Shown here: positions 14,098-14,098 of the stretch, piece by piece
How positions within the stretch are numbered: the stretch's first letter is position 1
Layout: every line of letters begins with the position of its first letter
Source of the DNA: an uncultured Eubacteriales bacterium
GTDB taxonomy: Bacteria > Bacillota > Clostridia > Oscillospirales > Acutalibacteraceae
Direction: 5' to 3'
DNA length: 14,098 nucleotides
NCBI GenBank assembly: GCA_949292695.1
Contig: CASFAP010000133.1
Span: 1 to 14,098 of the forward strand
Program-made: the position numbers and the translations under genes
Notes under the pieces: model-generated
What the model was told of the DNA's origin: nothing
What the model saw: only the letters and a program-made list of their open reading frames with translations
The model's database searches: none

Positions 14098-14098
14098 A

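Noticed and set aside
1-14098. Scan for tRNA/rRNA genes, CRISPR repeats, IS/transposase or integrase genes, and phage or defence-system genes
   Set aside because: None found. There are no regularly spaced direct repeats, no transposase or recombinase-like ORFs, and no terminal inverted repeats. All large ORFs are accounted for by the housekeeping or accessory genes listed above.

Overview
The window looks like a Firmicutes/Clostridia-type chromosomal region with about 50% GC, strong GGAGG-type ribosome-binding sites, several TTG starts and a Gram-positive signal peptide. It is mostly housekeeping plus a few accessory cassettes. In order, the calls are: the 3' end of a SecA-like gene ending in a SEC-C zinc motif, htpG (Hsp90), a convergent small alpha/beta hydrolase, and the conserved rpsO-pnp pair with a structured intergenic leader. 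Next is a strongly promoted three-gene membrane-microdomain operon: a small MerR-like HTH protein, a YuaF/NfeD-like membrane protein, and a FloT-like flotillin, with 10 bp start/stop overlap between the last two. A DegV/FakB-family gene follows. On the minus strand a Crp/Fnr regulator and a NifX/NifB-like small protein with a Cys/His-rich tail form a pair. The window ends in a large, 3'-truncated gene for a secreted multi-domain SGNH/GDSL hydrolase. No rRNA, tRNA, CRISPR array, IS element or phage gene could be supported. The six points I would look at again are these. (1) A perfect palindrome, CATTCAAATGAATG, sits in the spacer of the near-consensus promoter of the MerR-like/NfeD/flotillin operon. 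(2) The NfeD-like protein carries a DxDxDG calcium-binding-like acidic loop. (3) A roughly 125-bp GC-rich cluster of hairpins lies between the flotillin terminator and the degV promoter. (4) The Crp plus NifX-like (His/Cys tail) pair. (5) The secreted SGNH esterase is flanked by an internally duplicated uncharacterised domain of about 200 aa, and its long 5' intergenic region holds repeated TGATTC/GAATCA motifs around a TTGACA box. (6) The pnp leader contains mutually exclusive alternative hairpins. Several ORF-track starts (hydrolase, Crp, htpG, rpsO) are over-extended, and I re-called them from RBS and promoter evidence.
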